64,000 nucleotides of DNA from Myxococcales bacterium (GCA_002728755.1 PBVT01000085.1:114226-178225), one strand, 5' to 3'; positions 17,860-28,650 are shown, counted from the first letter of the stretch. Numbers and translations: made by a program. The notes: a model not told the origin generated them from the letters alone.

Positions 17860-20800
17860 TCAAGAAACCCGCTTTAGCGTGGGACGTAGTCGCGTCACTC
17901 CACACCAGAAAAGCAGTATAAAAAAGATGGTTCCGGTGGGAGACGGCCCTGTGGTGCAGCCAGAGGCCTGCTCCGGCATAGGGGCGAGCTTAATAGCCGA
18001 TGAGCCCTGGTGCGGCTCTTCCTCTTCCTCTGCTTCTGGAGGAATGGGGGGATAGGAGATCCCAATCGGGTTTAAGGCTTTGCCCTCAGGGAAAAAGATA
18101 TCCGGGACTTCATACTCCGGTTTTTCCACCGGCCAATATCGAAATCCTCCGGCGGGGTAGGTTAAGAAGTCGGTGCCGACCCCGGTATCTACACCATTCG
18201 CGTGAATCTGTATTTGGGCCTGTCCGAAGCCTTCCGGGGGCGTATACAAGCCAACGAAGAGACCGCGCCCCGCGTATGTCAGCGGCGTAGTGACTTCGCC
18301 AGTGACCGCAAAGATAGAGATATCGGTCGACGAACCAATCAGATTTCCCGCAGAGTCTCTGGGAAATACGATCACCGACATTGCACCTCCACCACTGGGG
18401 GACACCAATAGGAGTGTATTGTCTGCGTCCACCGTGGGGCTTTCGAGGGCCGCATCCACTTGAATATAGCCGGTGATACCGGTGGGTTGGCCTGCGATCA
18501 TGATTTCACAAAGATGATCGCCGGGCTCGGTTCCAGCCCGAACAAATAGTCGAGCCATGGTCAATGCCGGCAAGTGGTAGGAGTAGGGGTAGACCTGTTC
18601 AACGCCACCTTCGCATTCAACAGTAATGTTGTAGTTCTCCACCTGTGTAATCAACTTGTCGTCCATCGTTCGAACGACAAATCCCACAGGAGCGATGTCG
18701 CGACCGTCGGCCTGGATAAAGGCCATCGGATATAGCCACCCACCCTCGGGGTTCAATTCTTCGAGGAGCTGTTCGGGTGTTTCTGGGAACGGAAGAAGAT
18801 GTTGGTCGAAGGTCAAGACTCCCAGACCACCAGTTGTCATATCCAGGTGAAGTTCCTGCTCTTTGAGGCTCTCGACGAGGACCTTGATATAGGAATCGCG
18901 TAGCCGAATCTCCGGTGTGTCGGCGCCGCTACCATCGGTGTAGGAGCCGGTGGCTCCGAGTTCGAAGTCGTTGGTTGGGCAGCGTGGTCCCTCCATTATG
19001 AATTGGAAGATCAGCTGTTCCTCTACGTTGTCCGCCGCGGGGTCGCCTTCTGGGTCTTGCACCGACTGAATTCGGGTCTTTACGATTTCACAGGGGGTAA
19101 CGGTATTTCCGACGACGCTATCAAAATAATCCACATCGCCACGGTGAACTCGTACGTGCACCGGCGTGTCGATGGCGGGTAAGTCCACCGGCAGCATATA
19201 AACGTTGGGTTCCAGCTCTTGCAGGTCGCCCGTTGCGACAGCTCCCATCACTGTGATCTCGGGGGGATCTCCTTCGATGTCGTTATCCATTTTAAGCCAG
19301 ACATACCCAGGGGTTTCGGCTGGAAGGCCGGAGGGAGCGACTTGTATATTTGCTCGAGGAGCCTCCAGTGGAACCTGGAGACGAATTCGATGAGAAAAGA
19401 CAACTCCGCCGACCTCTGCAGCGATTCCAAAATAGGAACCGGGTTCAATGTCTGGCCACGGAACAGAACCAATATGGATATCCAACTCTGTGTCGCAGGG
19501 AGCCGGCAGTACGGTAGTCTCCGTCGCTGTGATCACATGTAAGTTTACGGGTTCCTCGCTGCAACCGGGTTCGTCATCGTTTTGTTGTATGGGAGCGATA
19601 TGAATCGTCAGGTCTTCGGTAGAGTGCGGTTCGGATACAACCTTGAACCAATCGGGTTCGGTGATCGTTACACCCTGGTCGACTGGTAGCTGGTACACAG
19701 TCTGTATGTACCCAGATGGCCACTCTACGACGGTGGTTAACGGGCCCTCACAATCGCCCACTCCCACATGAACCATGCCTCGAAAACAACCCTGGCTCAT
19801 GACGCAATCTTTAATATACCGCGTCCAGGTGGAATCCTGTGCGTTCTCACCGCCGGGTACCAGCTCGTTACCGCAAGTAACATGAACGGTACCTCCGGTG
19901 GCTCGGGGGGCGGATACGGTGCTATCGAGCGTGATGGATATACCGTGGCCGAGAGGAGGCAGGGTGTTCATCATAAGCAGCGGATCGCCGGCTACCGTCC
20001 AACCGATTACGTCCATTCGTCCGTCATTGTCCATGTCCAGAGGTTCCACAGCACGAATCCGCTTGGTCTTCAGATAGCCGTGGGTGTCTTCTCCTGCCCG
20101 AAATTTTCCATCTTCTTCAAAACGGAACATCAAAAGCCCTTCGGTCAGGGCATCGGGAAGACCAATAACTGCTGCGCCAACACCTCGACCCGCTTCCAAC
20201 AAGTCGGTACGGCCGTCGAGATCGAGATCTACAAATACGGGCCCCCATTTGGTTCGGTAGGCGTTTTTGTCAAAGGTGCTCTGGCTTCCGTACCCACCCG
20301 AGACGATATTGAATTTGCCAGTCTCAGGGTCACGCTCGTGTGCGACGCCGCTGCCGATGGATGTATGGTGAACGAAAAGCGGAGCGCCCGGATAGAGATG
20401 GGCGATGTCAAAGCCCATGCCCATTCGACCTAGATCCGAATTCATCATCCCCGGGTAGATATCTTCGATGATTGGTAGACCACCGGGGTTTCTGTCTATG
20501 GTCTTCAGGTTATTGTCCCGCTGGTCGCCAAAGCCCAGATCATTGGAGCTCCACGCCTCGGCCAGATTGTCGCCATCCATATCAAAGAATACGATCGCGT
20601 TTGGGTAATTCGAGACCGTGGGAAGGGTGACGAAGTCTCGAAAGAACCCATGTCCGTCGTTGATAAATAAGACGTAGGTCTGGGGCGGTGTGACAGTTCC
20701 AAAGGAGATGCCCGATTCCAAATCCCCCAGCCCCATAGCGACCACATCAGGGTGTCCGTCGGCGTTGGCGTCCCATAGGGCGATACCATGGTAATTACGT

Positions 20801-21312
20801 CGTGGAACGGAAGCTACCCGTGCGATCGTTACGTCCTTGAAGCCGCCTTCTGGCAGTCCTTTCAGGTATACTATCGGGATGCGGTTTTTCGGTCCCGGTA
20901 CTAGAAGATCCAGGATACCATCCCCGTCTATATCTTCCGCGATTACGGTCATGACCGTGTCATCGACAGCGTCGGAGGCGAGGGCCACTGGGTAATCCAT
21001 TGGGACTTCATGGATTGCGATCGTTTCAAACGCTTCGCCCGTAGCTGGTACCGGGAGGATCGGTGCCATTACCTCCACCTGGTTTGGTGTCATACGGTAC
21101 AGTCGAATCCCTTCGCCAGCTCGTTGAGGTCCGATACCCATTTGCCAATTCGGGTGACCGAACCAGATCGAAGGGGGAAGAGTTCGAATCGAGAAGGGGT
21201 CTTCCCATGTACCGGCTTCTACCCTTTGCGCTGGCAAGAAAAGGAGTAAGCCAGCAAGGATTGCAACGACGATGCGAGCAGAAATGGACTTGTGGGGATT
21301 CAGATCGCGCAT
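17860..21312 (-). CDS. FG-GAP/ASPIC-UnbV surface protein with Ig-like domains and MYXO-CTERM-like tail (paralog 2)
   Basis: DIDGDGILD, DANADGHPD, DLDLDGRTD, DMDNDGRMD; VHVGVG...WPSG; tail ASGCTTG-TM-basic. Start probably ATG 21312 (track uses 21363). Confidence 0.8.
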   Translation of the reverse strand: MRDLNPHKSISARIVVAILAGLLLFLPAQRVEAGTWEDPFSIRTLPPSIWFGHPNWQMGIGPQRAGEGIRLYRMTPNQVEVMAPILPVPATGEAFETIAIHEVPMDYPVALASDAVDDTVMTVIAEDIDGDGILDLLVPGPKNRIPIVYLKGLPEGGFKDVTIARVASVPRRNYHGIALWDANADGHPDVVAMGLGDLESGISFGTVTPPQTYVLFINDGHGFFRDFVTLPTVSNYPNAIVFFDMDGDNLAEAWSSNDLGFGDQRDNNLKTIDRNPGGLPIIEDIYPGMMNSDLGRMGMGFDIAHLYPGAPLFVHHTSIGSGVAHERDPETGKFNIVSGGYGSQSTFDKNAYRTKWGPVFVDLDLDGRTDLLEAGRGVGAAVIGLPDALTEGLLMFRFEEDGKFRAGEDTHGYLKTKRIRAVEPLDMDNDGRMDVIGWTVAGDPLLMMNTLPPLGHGISITLDSTVSAPRATGGTVHVTCGNELVPGGENAQDSTWTRYIKDCVMSQGCFRGMVHVGVGDCEGPLTTVVEWPSGYIQTVYQLPVDQGVTITEPDWFKVVSEPHSTEDLTIHIAPIQQNDDEPGCSEEPVNLHVITATETTVLPAPCDTELDIHIGSVPWPDIEPGSYFGIAAEVGGVVFSHRIRLQVPLEAPRANIQVAPSGLPAETPGYVWLKMDNDIEGDPPEITVMGAVATGDLQELEPNVYMLPVDLPAIDTPVHVRVHRGDVDYFDSVVGNTVTPCEIVKTRIQSVQDPEGDPAADNVEEQLIFQFIMEGPRCPTNDFELGATGSYTDGSGADTPEIRLRDSYIKVLVESLKEQELHLDMTTGGLGVLTFDQHLLPFPETPEQLLEELNPEGGWLYPMAFIQADGRDIAPVGFVVRTMDDKLITQVENYNITVECEGGVEQVYPYSYHLPALTMARLFVRAGTEPGDHLCEIMIAGQPTGITGYIQVDAALESPTVDADNTLLLVSPSGGGAMSVIVFPRDSAGNLIGSSTDISIFAVTGEVTTPLTYAGRGLFVGLYTPPEGFGQAQIQIHANGVDTGVGTDFLTYPAGGFRYWPVEKPEYEVPDIFFPEGKALNPIGISYPPIPPEAEEEEEPHQGSSAIKLAPMPEQASGCTTGPSPTGTIFFILLFWCGVTRLRPTLKRVS

Positions 21313-21372
21313 ATAGCCGTCATGGTTGCCGTGTTTGTGCCCAACAAAACCTACCAACTGCAACCGATAGAT

Positions 21373-21735
21373 TCAACCACCGGCATCCATCTTCATTTGC
21401 CTGACCGTCCCACCGAACCCTTGTTTCTCCAGGGCTGGTACCAGCTCGTTTTTGCCCGCCTCGGAACATAGATGACCGGAACCTCGAACATAGGCAACGC
21501 GCTCATTATAGATCACGTCGACAGCTCGCACTCCCCGAACAGAGCCCAGCGCGCGCTTTACTTTCGGTGGACAGGCCTGGTTACACATCATCTTTTCGAC
21601 CGTAACCATCACTTCACAATATGGGGTGTCGCTCATGCGCTTCGGTGTAGGGCCAGTACAGCCCAGGACCATAGCGGCGATGGCTACGATAGCTGGGAGG
21701 AATCCTTTTATGATCTGCTTCATGCGCATTGTCAT
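21373..21735 (-). CDS. Heavy-metal-associated (HMA/MerP-like) domain lipoprotein
   Basis: Lipobox VLGC; MMCNQACPPKVKRAL..VRGV pattern. Confidence 0.8.
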   Translation of the reverse strand: MTMRMKQIIKGFLPAIVAIAAMVLGCTGPTPKRMSDTPYCEVMVTVEKMMCNQACPPKVKRALGSVRGVRAVDVIYNERVAYVRGSGHLCSEAGKNELVPALEKQGFGGTVRQMKMDAGG

Positions 21736-21780
21736 ATCGCAGGAAGACCAAGGCGTCGATATCTACCGACAGTCTCTGCC

Positions 21781-24075
21781 CTAGAATCGAAGTTTTCCTT
21801 TGGGGGATGGTAATCGCTCGGGCATGAGGAGCTTGGATAATAGAGCGTCTCTGTCGGAATCCGAGGCATATAACGTTGTGAATCGAACGATATGGTCGGT
21901 GACCTTACGAACATAGTTTCGACTCTCGTGCGCCCCGATCTCCTCGATGAACATATCCATGGGGAGCTTCCTATTGGATGGCATCGTCAAGTACTCGGCA
22001 AATCGAAGCGGACCACCATTATAGGCGGCGATGGCTAGGGTAATATTGCCATTGAATTCTGTGCGTAATGCGTCCAGATACCAGGCCGCCTGGCGTAGGG
22101 CGATCCCTGGTTCAAAGAGTTGGCTGGTATAGAACTCTCCCATGGGAAATCCCAGCTGTTGGCTTATTCGCCGACCCGTCCTCGGCAGGATCTGCATAGG
22201 GCCGCGGGCACCAGCATGACTGGCGGCGAATTCTTTGTAGCGACTCTCTTGCAGCATATGTGAGATCAACCACCAGGGAGAAATGTCGTGTAACTCACCC
22301 GCGGCGGTTGCCAGGTCCAGATAGGCCGGTGGAAATACGACGCGCAAGGTGTCGTCGGCGAAACGGGTCATCTTCTGAACCCAGGCGATTTGCCGGAAAC
22401 GAGCCTTCTTGGCCCGTTGTTTCCAACGATAACCCCAGCGCTCCAGCCAGAAATCCAAACCAGAGACAATCGTATCGCGGTGACGCGAACCCATGTTTCG
22501 GATGAGTTTCTCCTCGACCTTATTCTGCTTTACAACATGCCGTGCAATGGATGGGAATCCAGCCGCAGCGACGCGTTGTACTTTGATGAGGGATCTACGC
22601 AGATTGTCATTTTTTGCGGTTCGGGCCCATACGGTCAGATCGGGTCGCTGAGGGAGCACTAAGGGGAAGCGGTTCGGATCGCGTGCTGGAATCGGTGAGC
22701 CACCAGAAAGCTGGGCTTGTAAAGTCGAACCCAGAAATCCGTAATAACTATAGGGGGCTGTCTGAAGCAGTCGTTTGAGGCTCTTTTGTGCTCGCGACTT
22801 CTTATTCTCCTTAAGGTAGGAGACAGCCATCCAGTACCGGGCTTTATCGGAAACAAGTAGCTTGGGGCTTTTCAGGAGGTCGGTCCAGATTGTTCGTGCC
22901 TGGGCATAATCGCCGCGGCGGAAATGAGACCAACCGTAGAACCAACGCCATTTCACGGCCTTGCCATAGGGGGCTTTGACGAATTTTTCCAGCTCTTTGG
23001 ATGCGCTATCAAAATCGCCGTTTTGATGTAGAAGCCGTCCGATTTGATAGGTCGCACGCACCCGGTGATCACCGCGTGGCCATTTCTTTCGGTATCGTCG
23101 CATATGCCGGGAGCCTCGACGAAAGTTCCCAAGGTTTCCTTCCATAAGGCCTCGTCGATAGTAGGCTTCGGCGGCGAACTTTGTATTGGGACCTTTCTCT
23201 GCGGCTTCCAATTCCTTGTAGGCCACCGGATACTCTTTACGAAGTCGCATACGCATGGTGGCCATACGCAGTTGAGCCTCCTGACGGAGTTTACGGCCGG
23301 GGCCTTTGGCAATGCTCGCATAGGCGTCACTGGCAAGGTCGTAGGCTCGGTCTTCGTAGAGTTTACGAGCCCGCTTAAGCTGTTGTTTCGGGTTCAGTTG
23401 ATTCAGATCGAACCGTTTGAGTGCGCGCCGCCCTTGAAACGTTCCTCCGTAGTGGATGATCAGGTGTCGTAATACGGTCCCTTGCCGTCTCTTTGGTAGA
23501 TAGGTGGCGAGAAGCTCTAAAACCGCGGGTTTGAATGCGATTGCCCCTTTCGAACCCTGACCTCTGAGATCATTCAATATGGAGATTCCTTCTGCGACAC
23601 GACCAGGCGTCATACATAGACTCCTGGCTCTCTGAAACAGTGTCTCGTCGCGAAGAAGATCCGGCAGGTCTTTGGATGTGAGTAATAGCTCTGTGGAGCG
23701 TAAGACCTGCTCGTGATCGTTTAAGGCGGCAGCACTACGCAACCACACCAGACGCACAACCTCCGAAAGATAGAGGGGAGGATTTTTTAGCAATGGACCG
23801 AGTGTCTCCAACGCTCTATCTGGTTGGCTTTTAGCAAGCAGTGCCCGCGCATGAAGAATACGAATCACGGGAGCAGTACCCTCGATACCCGTTGGATGCT
23901 GGATAAGAGGTCTGAGGATCTTTAATGCGCCGTCAGCATGCCCCACTCGTACATTTGCCGCAGCTTTGGCAAGGGTATCCCAAATATGGGTGGGTGCTGC
24001 ACGACGAGGGCCGGCGATGACGGCCGATGTGGTGACGCTCAGAATAATGGTCAGTATGAGAACAGATTTTTTCAT
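21781..24075 (-). CDS. Soluble lytic murein transglycosylase (Slt70-like) with TPR repeats
   Basis: Signal peptide, TPR-like helices, and SLT motifs QESRY, GPMQILP, AAYNGGP, ESRNYVRKV. Confidence 0.92.
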   Translation of the reverse strand: MKKSVLILTIILSVTTSAVIAGPRRAAPTHIWDTLAKAAANVRVGHADGALKILRPLIQHPTGIEGTAPVIRILHARALLAKSQPDRALETLGPLLKNPPLYLSEVVRLVWLRSAAALNDHEQVLRSTELLLTSKDLPDLLRDETLFQRARSLCMTPGRVAEGISILNDLRGQGSKGAIAFKPAVLELLATYLPKRRQGTVLRHLIIHYGGTFQGRRALKRFDLNQLNPKQQLKRARKLYEDRAYDLASDAYASIAKGPGRKLRQEAQLRMATMRMRLRKEYPVAYKELEAAEKGPNTKFAAEAYYRRGLMEGNLGNFRRGSRHMRRYRKKWPRGDHRVRATYQIGRLLHQNGDFDSASKELEKFVKAPYGKAVKWRWFYGWSHFRRGDYAQARTIWTDLLKSPKLLVSDKARYWMAVSYLKENKKSRAQKSLKRLLQTAPYSYYGFLGSTLQAQLSGGSPIPARDPNRFPLVLPQRPDLTVWARTAKNDNLRRSLIKVQRVAAAGFPSIARHVVKQNKVEEKLIRNMGSRHRDTIVSGLDFWLERWGYRWKQRAKKARFRQIAWVQKMTRFADDTLRVVFPPAYLDLATAAGELHDISPWWLISHMLQESRYKEFAASHAGARGPMQILPRTGRRISQQLGFPMGEFYTSQLFEPGIALRQAAWYLDALRTEFNGNITLAIAAYNGGPLRFAEYLTMPSNRKLPMDMFIEEIGAHESRNYVRKVTDHIVRFTTLYASDSDRDALLSKLLMPERLPSPKGKLRF

Positions 24076-24137
24076 TGAGAAAGGGCGGGGCTATGGTTGC
24101 TCAGTCAAGAAGTTCAGGGCAATCTTGTAATTAGGGG

Positions 24138-24165
24138 CTCGACCTTTTGAGGTTTGAACCTATAT
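24138..24165 (+). promoter_or_regulatory. Possible sigma32-like heat-shock promoter of the J-domain gene
   Basis: CTCG-N17-CCTATAT against the RpoH-type pattern CTTG-N17-CYTATNT (one mismatch), upstream of a chaperone gene. Confidence 0.35.
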
Positions 24166-24228
24166 TGAAACACATCGGCTCAAAAGACTGTTCCCGTAGC
24201 GTGTAGTGGCACAAAATTCAGGCGACAA

Positions 24229-25125
24229 ATGTCGAACGACTATTATGAAACTCTGGGGGTCTCCAAATCGGCGGACGCGGCCGAGATAAAGAAGGCCTAT
24301 CGAGGCTTAGCCCGGAAGCTTCATCCCGACAAAAATCCTGACGATCCTACGGCTGCAGAGCGCTTTAAATCGGTGAACGAGGCGTACGCCGTATTGTCTG
24401 ATCCGGCCCAGCGGCAGAAATATGATGCGATGGGTAGCGCTGCATTTCATGACCAGTTCAACGCCGATGAAGTGTTCCAGAACATGGATTTTAGCCAGAT
24501 CTTTGCGGATCTTGGCTTGCACGGCTTTTCTCCAAACGTTGGTTTTGGAGGCAGAGGCTTCTCCGGTGGTCCACGTGGCCCACGTCGAAGGCAGCCCCCC
24601 CGGGGTCGTGATGTACAGCACACCCTTGAGATAGGATTCGAAGAGGCCATCCATGGAGCGTCACGATCGGTTCGCATATCCCTGCCCGATGGCTCGTCTG
24701 ATTCTGTCGATGTCCAGGTTCCTGCCGGGGTCGATAGTGGCCAGAAATTGCGCATTCGTGGGAGGGGGTATCCGGCGGGGCCGGGTGGTCCACGTGGCGA
24801 TTTGTATCTCAAGGTGAAAGTTGCAGATCACCCTAGATTGAAGCGCCGGGGCCAGCAGATCGAGGTGGAAGCTCTTGTGCCGATTACGACGATGCTGCTC
24901 GGTGGAGAAGTCACCGTAGAAGGGCTGAGCGGACGCCATACTGTAAAGGTACCCGAGGGGACATCTCCGAACGCTCGTCTACGGCTTCGAGGTCATGGAG
25001 TGCCGGGTACGAAGAAGGGAGAGAAAGCAGGCGATCTCCACATCATCTTGAATGTAGATGTCCCAGCCGAACTCACAGCGGAACAGAGAGAGGCGATAGA
25101 AGCCCTTCGTGAGACCGGCTTGTAG
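24229..25125 (+). CDS. Class B J-domain co-chaperone (CbpA-like, no Zn finger)
   Basis: J domain with HPD, G/F region, two DnaJ C-terminal repeats (GDLY, GDLH), and no CxxCxGxG. Confidence 0.93.
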   Translation: MSNDYYETLGVSKSADAAEIKKAYRGLARKLHPDKNPDDPTAAERFKSVNEAYAVLSDPAQRQKYDAMGSAAFHDQFNADEVFQNMDFSQIFADLGLHGFSPNVGFGGRGFSGGPRGPRRRQPPRGRDVQHTLEIGFEEAIHGASRSVRISLPDGSSDSVDVQVPAGVDSGQKLRIRGRGYPAGPGGPRGDLYLKVKVADHPRLKRRGQQIEVEALVPITTMLLGGEVTVEGLSGRHTVKVPEGTSPNARLRLRGHGVPGTKKGEKAGDLHIILNVDVPAELTAEQREAIEALRETGL

Positions 25126-25130
25126 GCCGT

Positions 25131-26510
25131 CTAGACTGCTTGAAGTCCGATTCGCTTGGCGGTGCTTACCACACGTGCACGAACATCTTGTTCGCGGATA
25201 CGGGTCAGGCCACCATTTTGAACAACCGGTTTTGCACCGACAAAGACTTCTCGAATAGCCGTCGGTTGAAGAGCGTACACGATGTTCCGAAGCAGGTGGA
25301 CGTCCGGCTGTAGGGAAAGGTCGGCGAGATCGAGTGACACGAAATCCGCCAGGCGGCCCACCGCGATTTGTCCCGCATCGACGCCACATAGGTCGGCTCC
25401 ACCTTCCGTCCCCAATCGAAACGCTGTGGGGGCGTCAAAAGCGCCACCATCCGTGGCGATCACCTTTTGCAGAAGGGCCGCCATACGCATCTCTTCAAAG
25501 ACGCTCACCCGATTGTTGGAGCACCCACCATCACTACCAAGAGCTCCTCGCATACCCTTGGCGAGCATTGTACGTAATGGGGCGGCCCCATCACCAAGGA
25601 ACATATTGCTACTGGGACAATGAAGGACTCCGGCCCCCACCTCCCCTAAGGCCGCAATATCTTCGTCGGGTAGATATACGCCGTGCACAATACATAGGTT
25701 TCCATTGAGGCATTCGATTTGTTGGAGGTACCCCACTGGCGTGGTCCCGGAATGCTCTCGGATTTCGTCGACTTCAAAAAGTTCCTCTGCAAGATGGAGG
25801 TGCCATGGAAGATCGAGCTCCGACGCAATACCTGCACCCCGTTGAATCATCTCCGCAGATGCTCCGTGTGGGGAATGTGGTGCCGGAAGAACGGAGACAT
25901 CCGCTGCAGATGAGAACATTGTATGGAGCTCTCGAAATGCCCTCTCGGCTTCATCAGGGCTTTCCTGAAAGCATTCTGGAGCGCCGTCCCAATCGTAGAA
26001 GGTTCGGGCTAGTACCAGTCGAATTCCTACGTCCCGAGCCGCTTGTACGACTGCCAGGTCTGTTTCGATCCCTTCACCATGGACATAGAAGAAATCACAG
26101 ACCGTTGTCACGCCCATGCGAGCCATTTCCGCAAAGGCGAGGAGGGCGCCCGTGTAGACTCCCTCTTTTCCGAGGTGTGGGGCGTATCGATACAGGGCTT
26201 CATCACGCCAGACGAGAAATGGGCGGTCGTCAGCCACACCGCGTAATAGAGACTGAAAGCTGTGATTGTGGGCGTTGATAGTTCCGGGAACCAGAATTCG
26301 GTCTCGTAGCCGAACCGTTCGGGCGTTCTTTGCTTCCTCTATCGTGTCACGGGGGCCGATTTGTTCAATACGGTCGTTATGGCAGAGAACTCCGTCCCCC
26401 CATACGATCTTCAGCCCTTCCTCCGAGTCCGGATCCGGAAGCAGCAAGGCGTCCGGTTCGAAGAAGACCTTCTCTTGTTCACCAGGCTCTACAGTGTTCG
26501 GACCGTCCAT
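25131..26510 (-). CDS. Metal-dependent amidohydrolase (MtaD/HutF-like deaminase family)
   Basis: Motifs NAHNH (HxH), APHS, HLAE, VHGV, HCPSSN, GSDG. Confidence 0.88.
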   Translation of the reverse strand: MDGPNTVEPGEQEKVFFEPDALLLPDPDSEEGLKIVWGDGVLCHNDRIEQIGPRDTIEEAKNARTVRLRDRILVPGTINAHNHSFQSLLRGVADDRPFLVWRDEALYRYAPHLGKEGVYTGALLAFAEMARMGVTTVCDFFYVHGEGIETDLAVVQAARDVGIRLVLARTFYDWDGAPECFQESPDEAERAFRELHTMFSSAADVSVLPAPHSPHGASAEMIQRGAGIASELDLPWHLHLAEELFEVDEIREHSGTTPVGYLQQIECLNGNLCIVHGVYLPDEDIAALGEVGAGVLHCPSSNMFLGDGAAPLRTMLAKGMRGALGSDGGCSNNRVSVFEEMRMAALLQKVIATDGGAFDAPTAFRLGTEGGADLCGVDAGQIAVGRLADFVSLDLADLSLQPDVHLLRNIVYALQPTAIREVFVGAKPVVQNGGLTRIREQDVRARVVSTAKRIGLQAV

Positions 26511-26601
26511 TTATTTGTCTCCAACTACTTGCTATCCGTACACTACGTCGTATCGTGAAGATTATGTGCAAGACAAGCAACCCTCGGTTAGGATCGTACC
26601 T

Positions 26602-27720
26602 ATGACCACGACAGATCGACCCGATACCCCGGTACTCCTTCGAGGAGATGTTCTCAACTGGTTGCGTCCAGAGTGCGTCTTACGGCCGACCACTAGTGCG
26701 ATTAGTCGACGTGCACGAGTTGCGTTGCAAGCGGTTGACCTTGGTCGAGTTACCCTGTCGGAATCTTTTCTTCGAAATGTATTGGAGCGATTGGTGGAGC
26801 ACCCCGCGCCATCGGAGTTGGATCAAATTGTTATGAGCTTGAAGGGAACGGGGCATCAAGAGGTCCCGTCCTGGCCTTATACGAACGCTGGAGAGTTTCT
26901 TGTACCGTTGCCACAAGAACGCCCAATCGTAAGTTGTACTGCGGCCGGGGTTCCCGGTGGTGCCCTGGCTGTATTGGCCGTAGAGGCTGGTGCGGAAGAC
27001 GATGAGGATGGAGAGAGCCATCAGTGGAAACTGATCTGGTTTGATCGAACCTCGGCGATGGTCGAATCTGTGGTGACCCTCGAGCGAGGCGTGAAGGGGC
27101 CTACACTGATGGCCCTTGGCTGTGAGGAAGAGGCACCGTTAGCCGTCATACATGGTGATCGTCTGATACGGTTTGATGCGGCGGGACGACCGGATGTACG
27201 TGAAGTACCACTATTCGGTGGAGACAGTGGCATTGAAGTGACAGCGGCATGTCTGCACCCAGATACGGCAGAGCTGATTATCGCCTTATACGAGGATGAT
27301 ATTACCCATGTGTTGCGGGTTCGAGACGATGGGGTCCCTGTTCCGTTGATTCGGTATCCAGGTCAGATCAACAATTTTGCAGTGGGCCCTGGGTTGATTG
27401 TTGGTCTGGGTTTGCGTGACATCATTACGGTGAATCTGGAAGCCGGACAGACCGCATTACGCGATCTACATCCATATTTTGCCGATCACCCATTCCAGGC
27501 GCGAAGTACTGCAATCGTCTGCCCCGATGGGGCAGTACTGGTGCAAGAAGGACGAAAGGTCTTACGACTTTCCTCTGATCTCCGACTGGTTGAGACCGAA
27601 TTTCTTATGGACCGGAGCGAAGAAAGTCTCAGTATTGATGACTTCACCCTTATCCGTACGACGTTTTTCGCGGGCTCGTCCTATCTTCGAGTGACTACAG
27701 ACGAATATCCCGTACCCTGA
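26602..27720 (+). CDS. Hypothetical protein (beta-rich C-terminal half)
   Basis: Long ORF. Start moved to ATG 26602 (AGGA upstream) to avoid overlap with the divergent amidohydrolase. Confidence 0.7.
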   Translation: MTTTDRPDTPVLLRGDVLNWLRPECVLRPTTSAISRRARVALQAVDLGRVTLSESFLRNVLERLVEHPAPSELDQIVMSLKGTGHQEVPSWPYTNAGEFLVPLPQERPIVSCTAAGVPGGALAVLAVEAGAEDDEDGESHQWKLIWFDRTSAMVESVVTLERGVKGPTLMALGCEEEAPLAVIHGDRLIRFDAAGRPDVREVPLFGGDSGIEVTAACLHPDTAELIIALYEDDITHVLRVRDDGVPVPLIRYPGQINNFAVGPGLIVGLGLRDIITVNLEAGQTALRDLHPYFADHPFQARSTAIVCPDGAVLVQEGRKVLRLSSDLRLVETEFLMDRSEESLSIDDFTLIRTTFFAGSSYLRVTTDEYPVP

Positions 27721-27729
27721 CGACGAGTC

Positions 27730-28650
27730 TCAGCTCTCCGGATCGTCCAGAGGGTCATTGTCGAATAGGCCCTGAATGTCTTCATTCCCATCCCCGAGCT
27801 CCAGGGCGTCGAGGAATCTATCTTCGATATCTGGGATGACTTCTTCAAAGATGGCGTCAGGCATCATTTCGTGGACCGCATTTTGAAGGTCGCGAGCTTT
27901 CTCCGGCGGAGGATCACATTGCATATATGCTTCAAGAGCAAACCCACGATTGGGATTTTCCTTATCCAGGACAATCTTTCGTAGGAAGGGAAGCGCTGCA
28001 CGAAGCTTCCACCATTCGACAGCTTTGATCGCTTCAAATTGGACGGCCAGCCGCGCGTCATCAAGGTGCTTGATAAGACGTTTACGGTAGAGTTTATCAA
28101 GACCACTGCGACCCATGGCGAATAGCGCACTCACCTGTGCGCTCTCTTCTGGGCGCTGGTACATTTTTTCCACCAACTCGGCCACTTCGGGTCGGTAGGC
28201 GAACGATCCCAGAGCCTCAAGCCCTCGCCTTCGCACTTCCAGGTCCGTATCGTCAGAGCGGACGAGGGAGAAGATACGATCGTAGACATGGCGGGCAAGA
28301 GTGATGTCCTGGAGCTCCTCGGGAGTATAGGGGTCGGGCCGAAAATCGGCTTCCAGAACCCCTTCTTCACTCGCGGTATCAAGGAACCGTCCGAGTCCAA
28401 TACAGACAAGGCCACGAGCATGGGAATCGGGCTCGTGCTCAAGAGTACGTTGAAGGAACGGAAGAACCCGCTTGTCTTGCCAGAATTCGACCAGGGCTCG
28501 GTATGCCTGTCCTCGGACGGTCGCAGAATCATCACGGCATAAGAACAGAAGTTCCCCTACCGGATCTTCGGATTCGGACAAGTACGCCTCAATCTCTTCA
28601 ATTCGCGTGAGATTTTGCGATTCAGTTCGTTCGTTTCGTCGACTAACCAA
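27730..28650 (-). CDS. HEAT-repeat protein
   Basis: Repeats VRGQAYRAL, VRRRGLEALG, AQVSALFAMG, VQFEAIKAV. Probable TTG start at 28650 after AAGGA. Confidence 0.8.
   Translation of the reverse strand: MVSRRNERTESQNLTRIEEIEAYLSESEDPVGELLFLCRDDSATVRGQAYRALVEFWQDKRVLPFLQRTLEHEPDSHARGLVCIGLGRFLDTASEEGVLEADFRPDPYTPEELQDITLARHVYDRIFSLVRSDDTDLEVRRRGLEALGSFAYRPEVAELVEKMYQRPEESAQVSALFAMGRSGLDKLYRKRLIKHLDDARLAVQFEAIKAVEWWKLRAALPFLRKIVLDKENPNRGFALEAYMQCDPPPEKARDLQNAVHEMMPDAIFEEVIPDIEDRFLDALELGDGNEDIQGLFDNDPLDDPES

Noticed and set aside
24131-24157. CIRCE-like element upstream of the J-domain gene
   Set aside because: Arms match TTAGCACTC-N9-GAGTGCTAA poorly and the spacing is 8 rather than 9.
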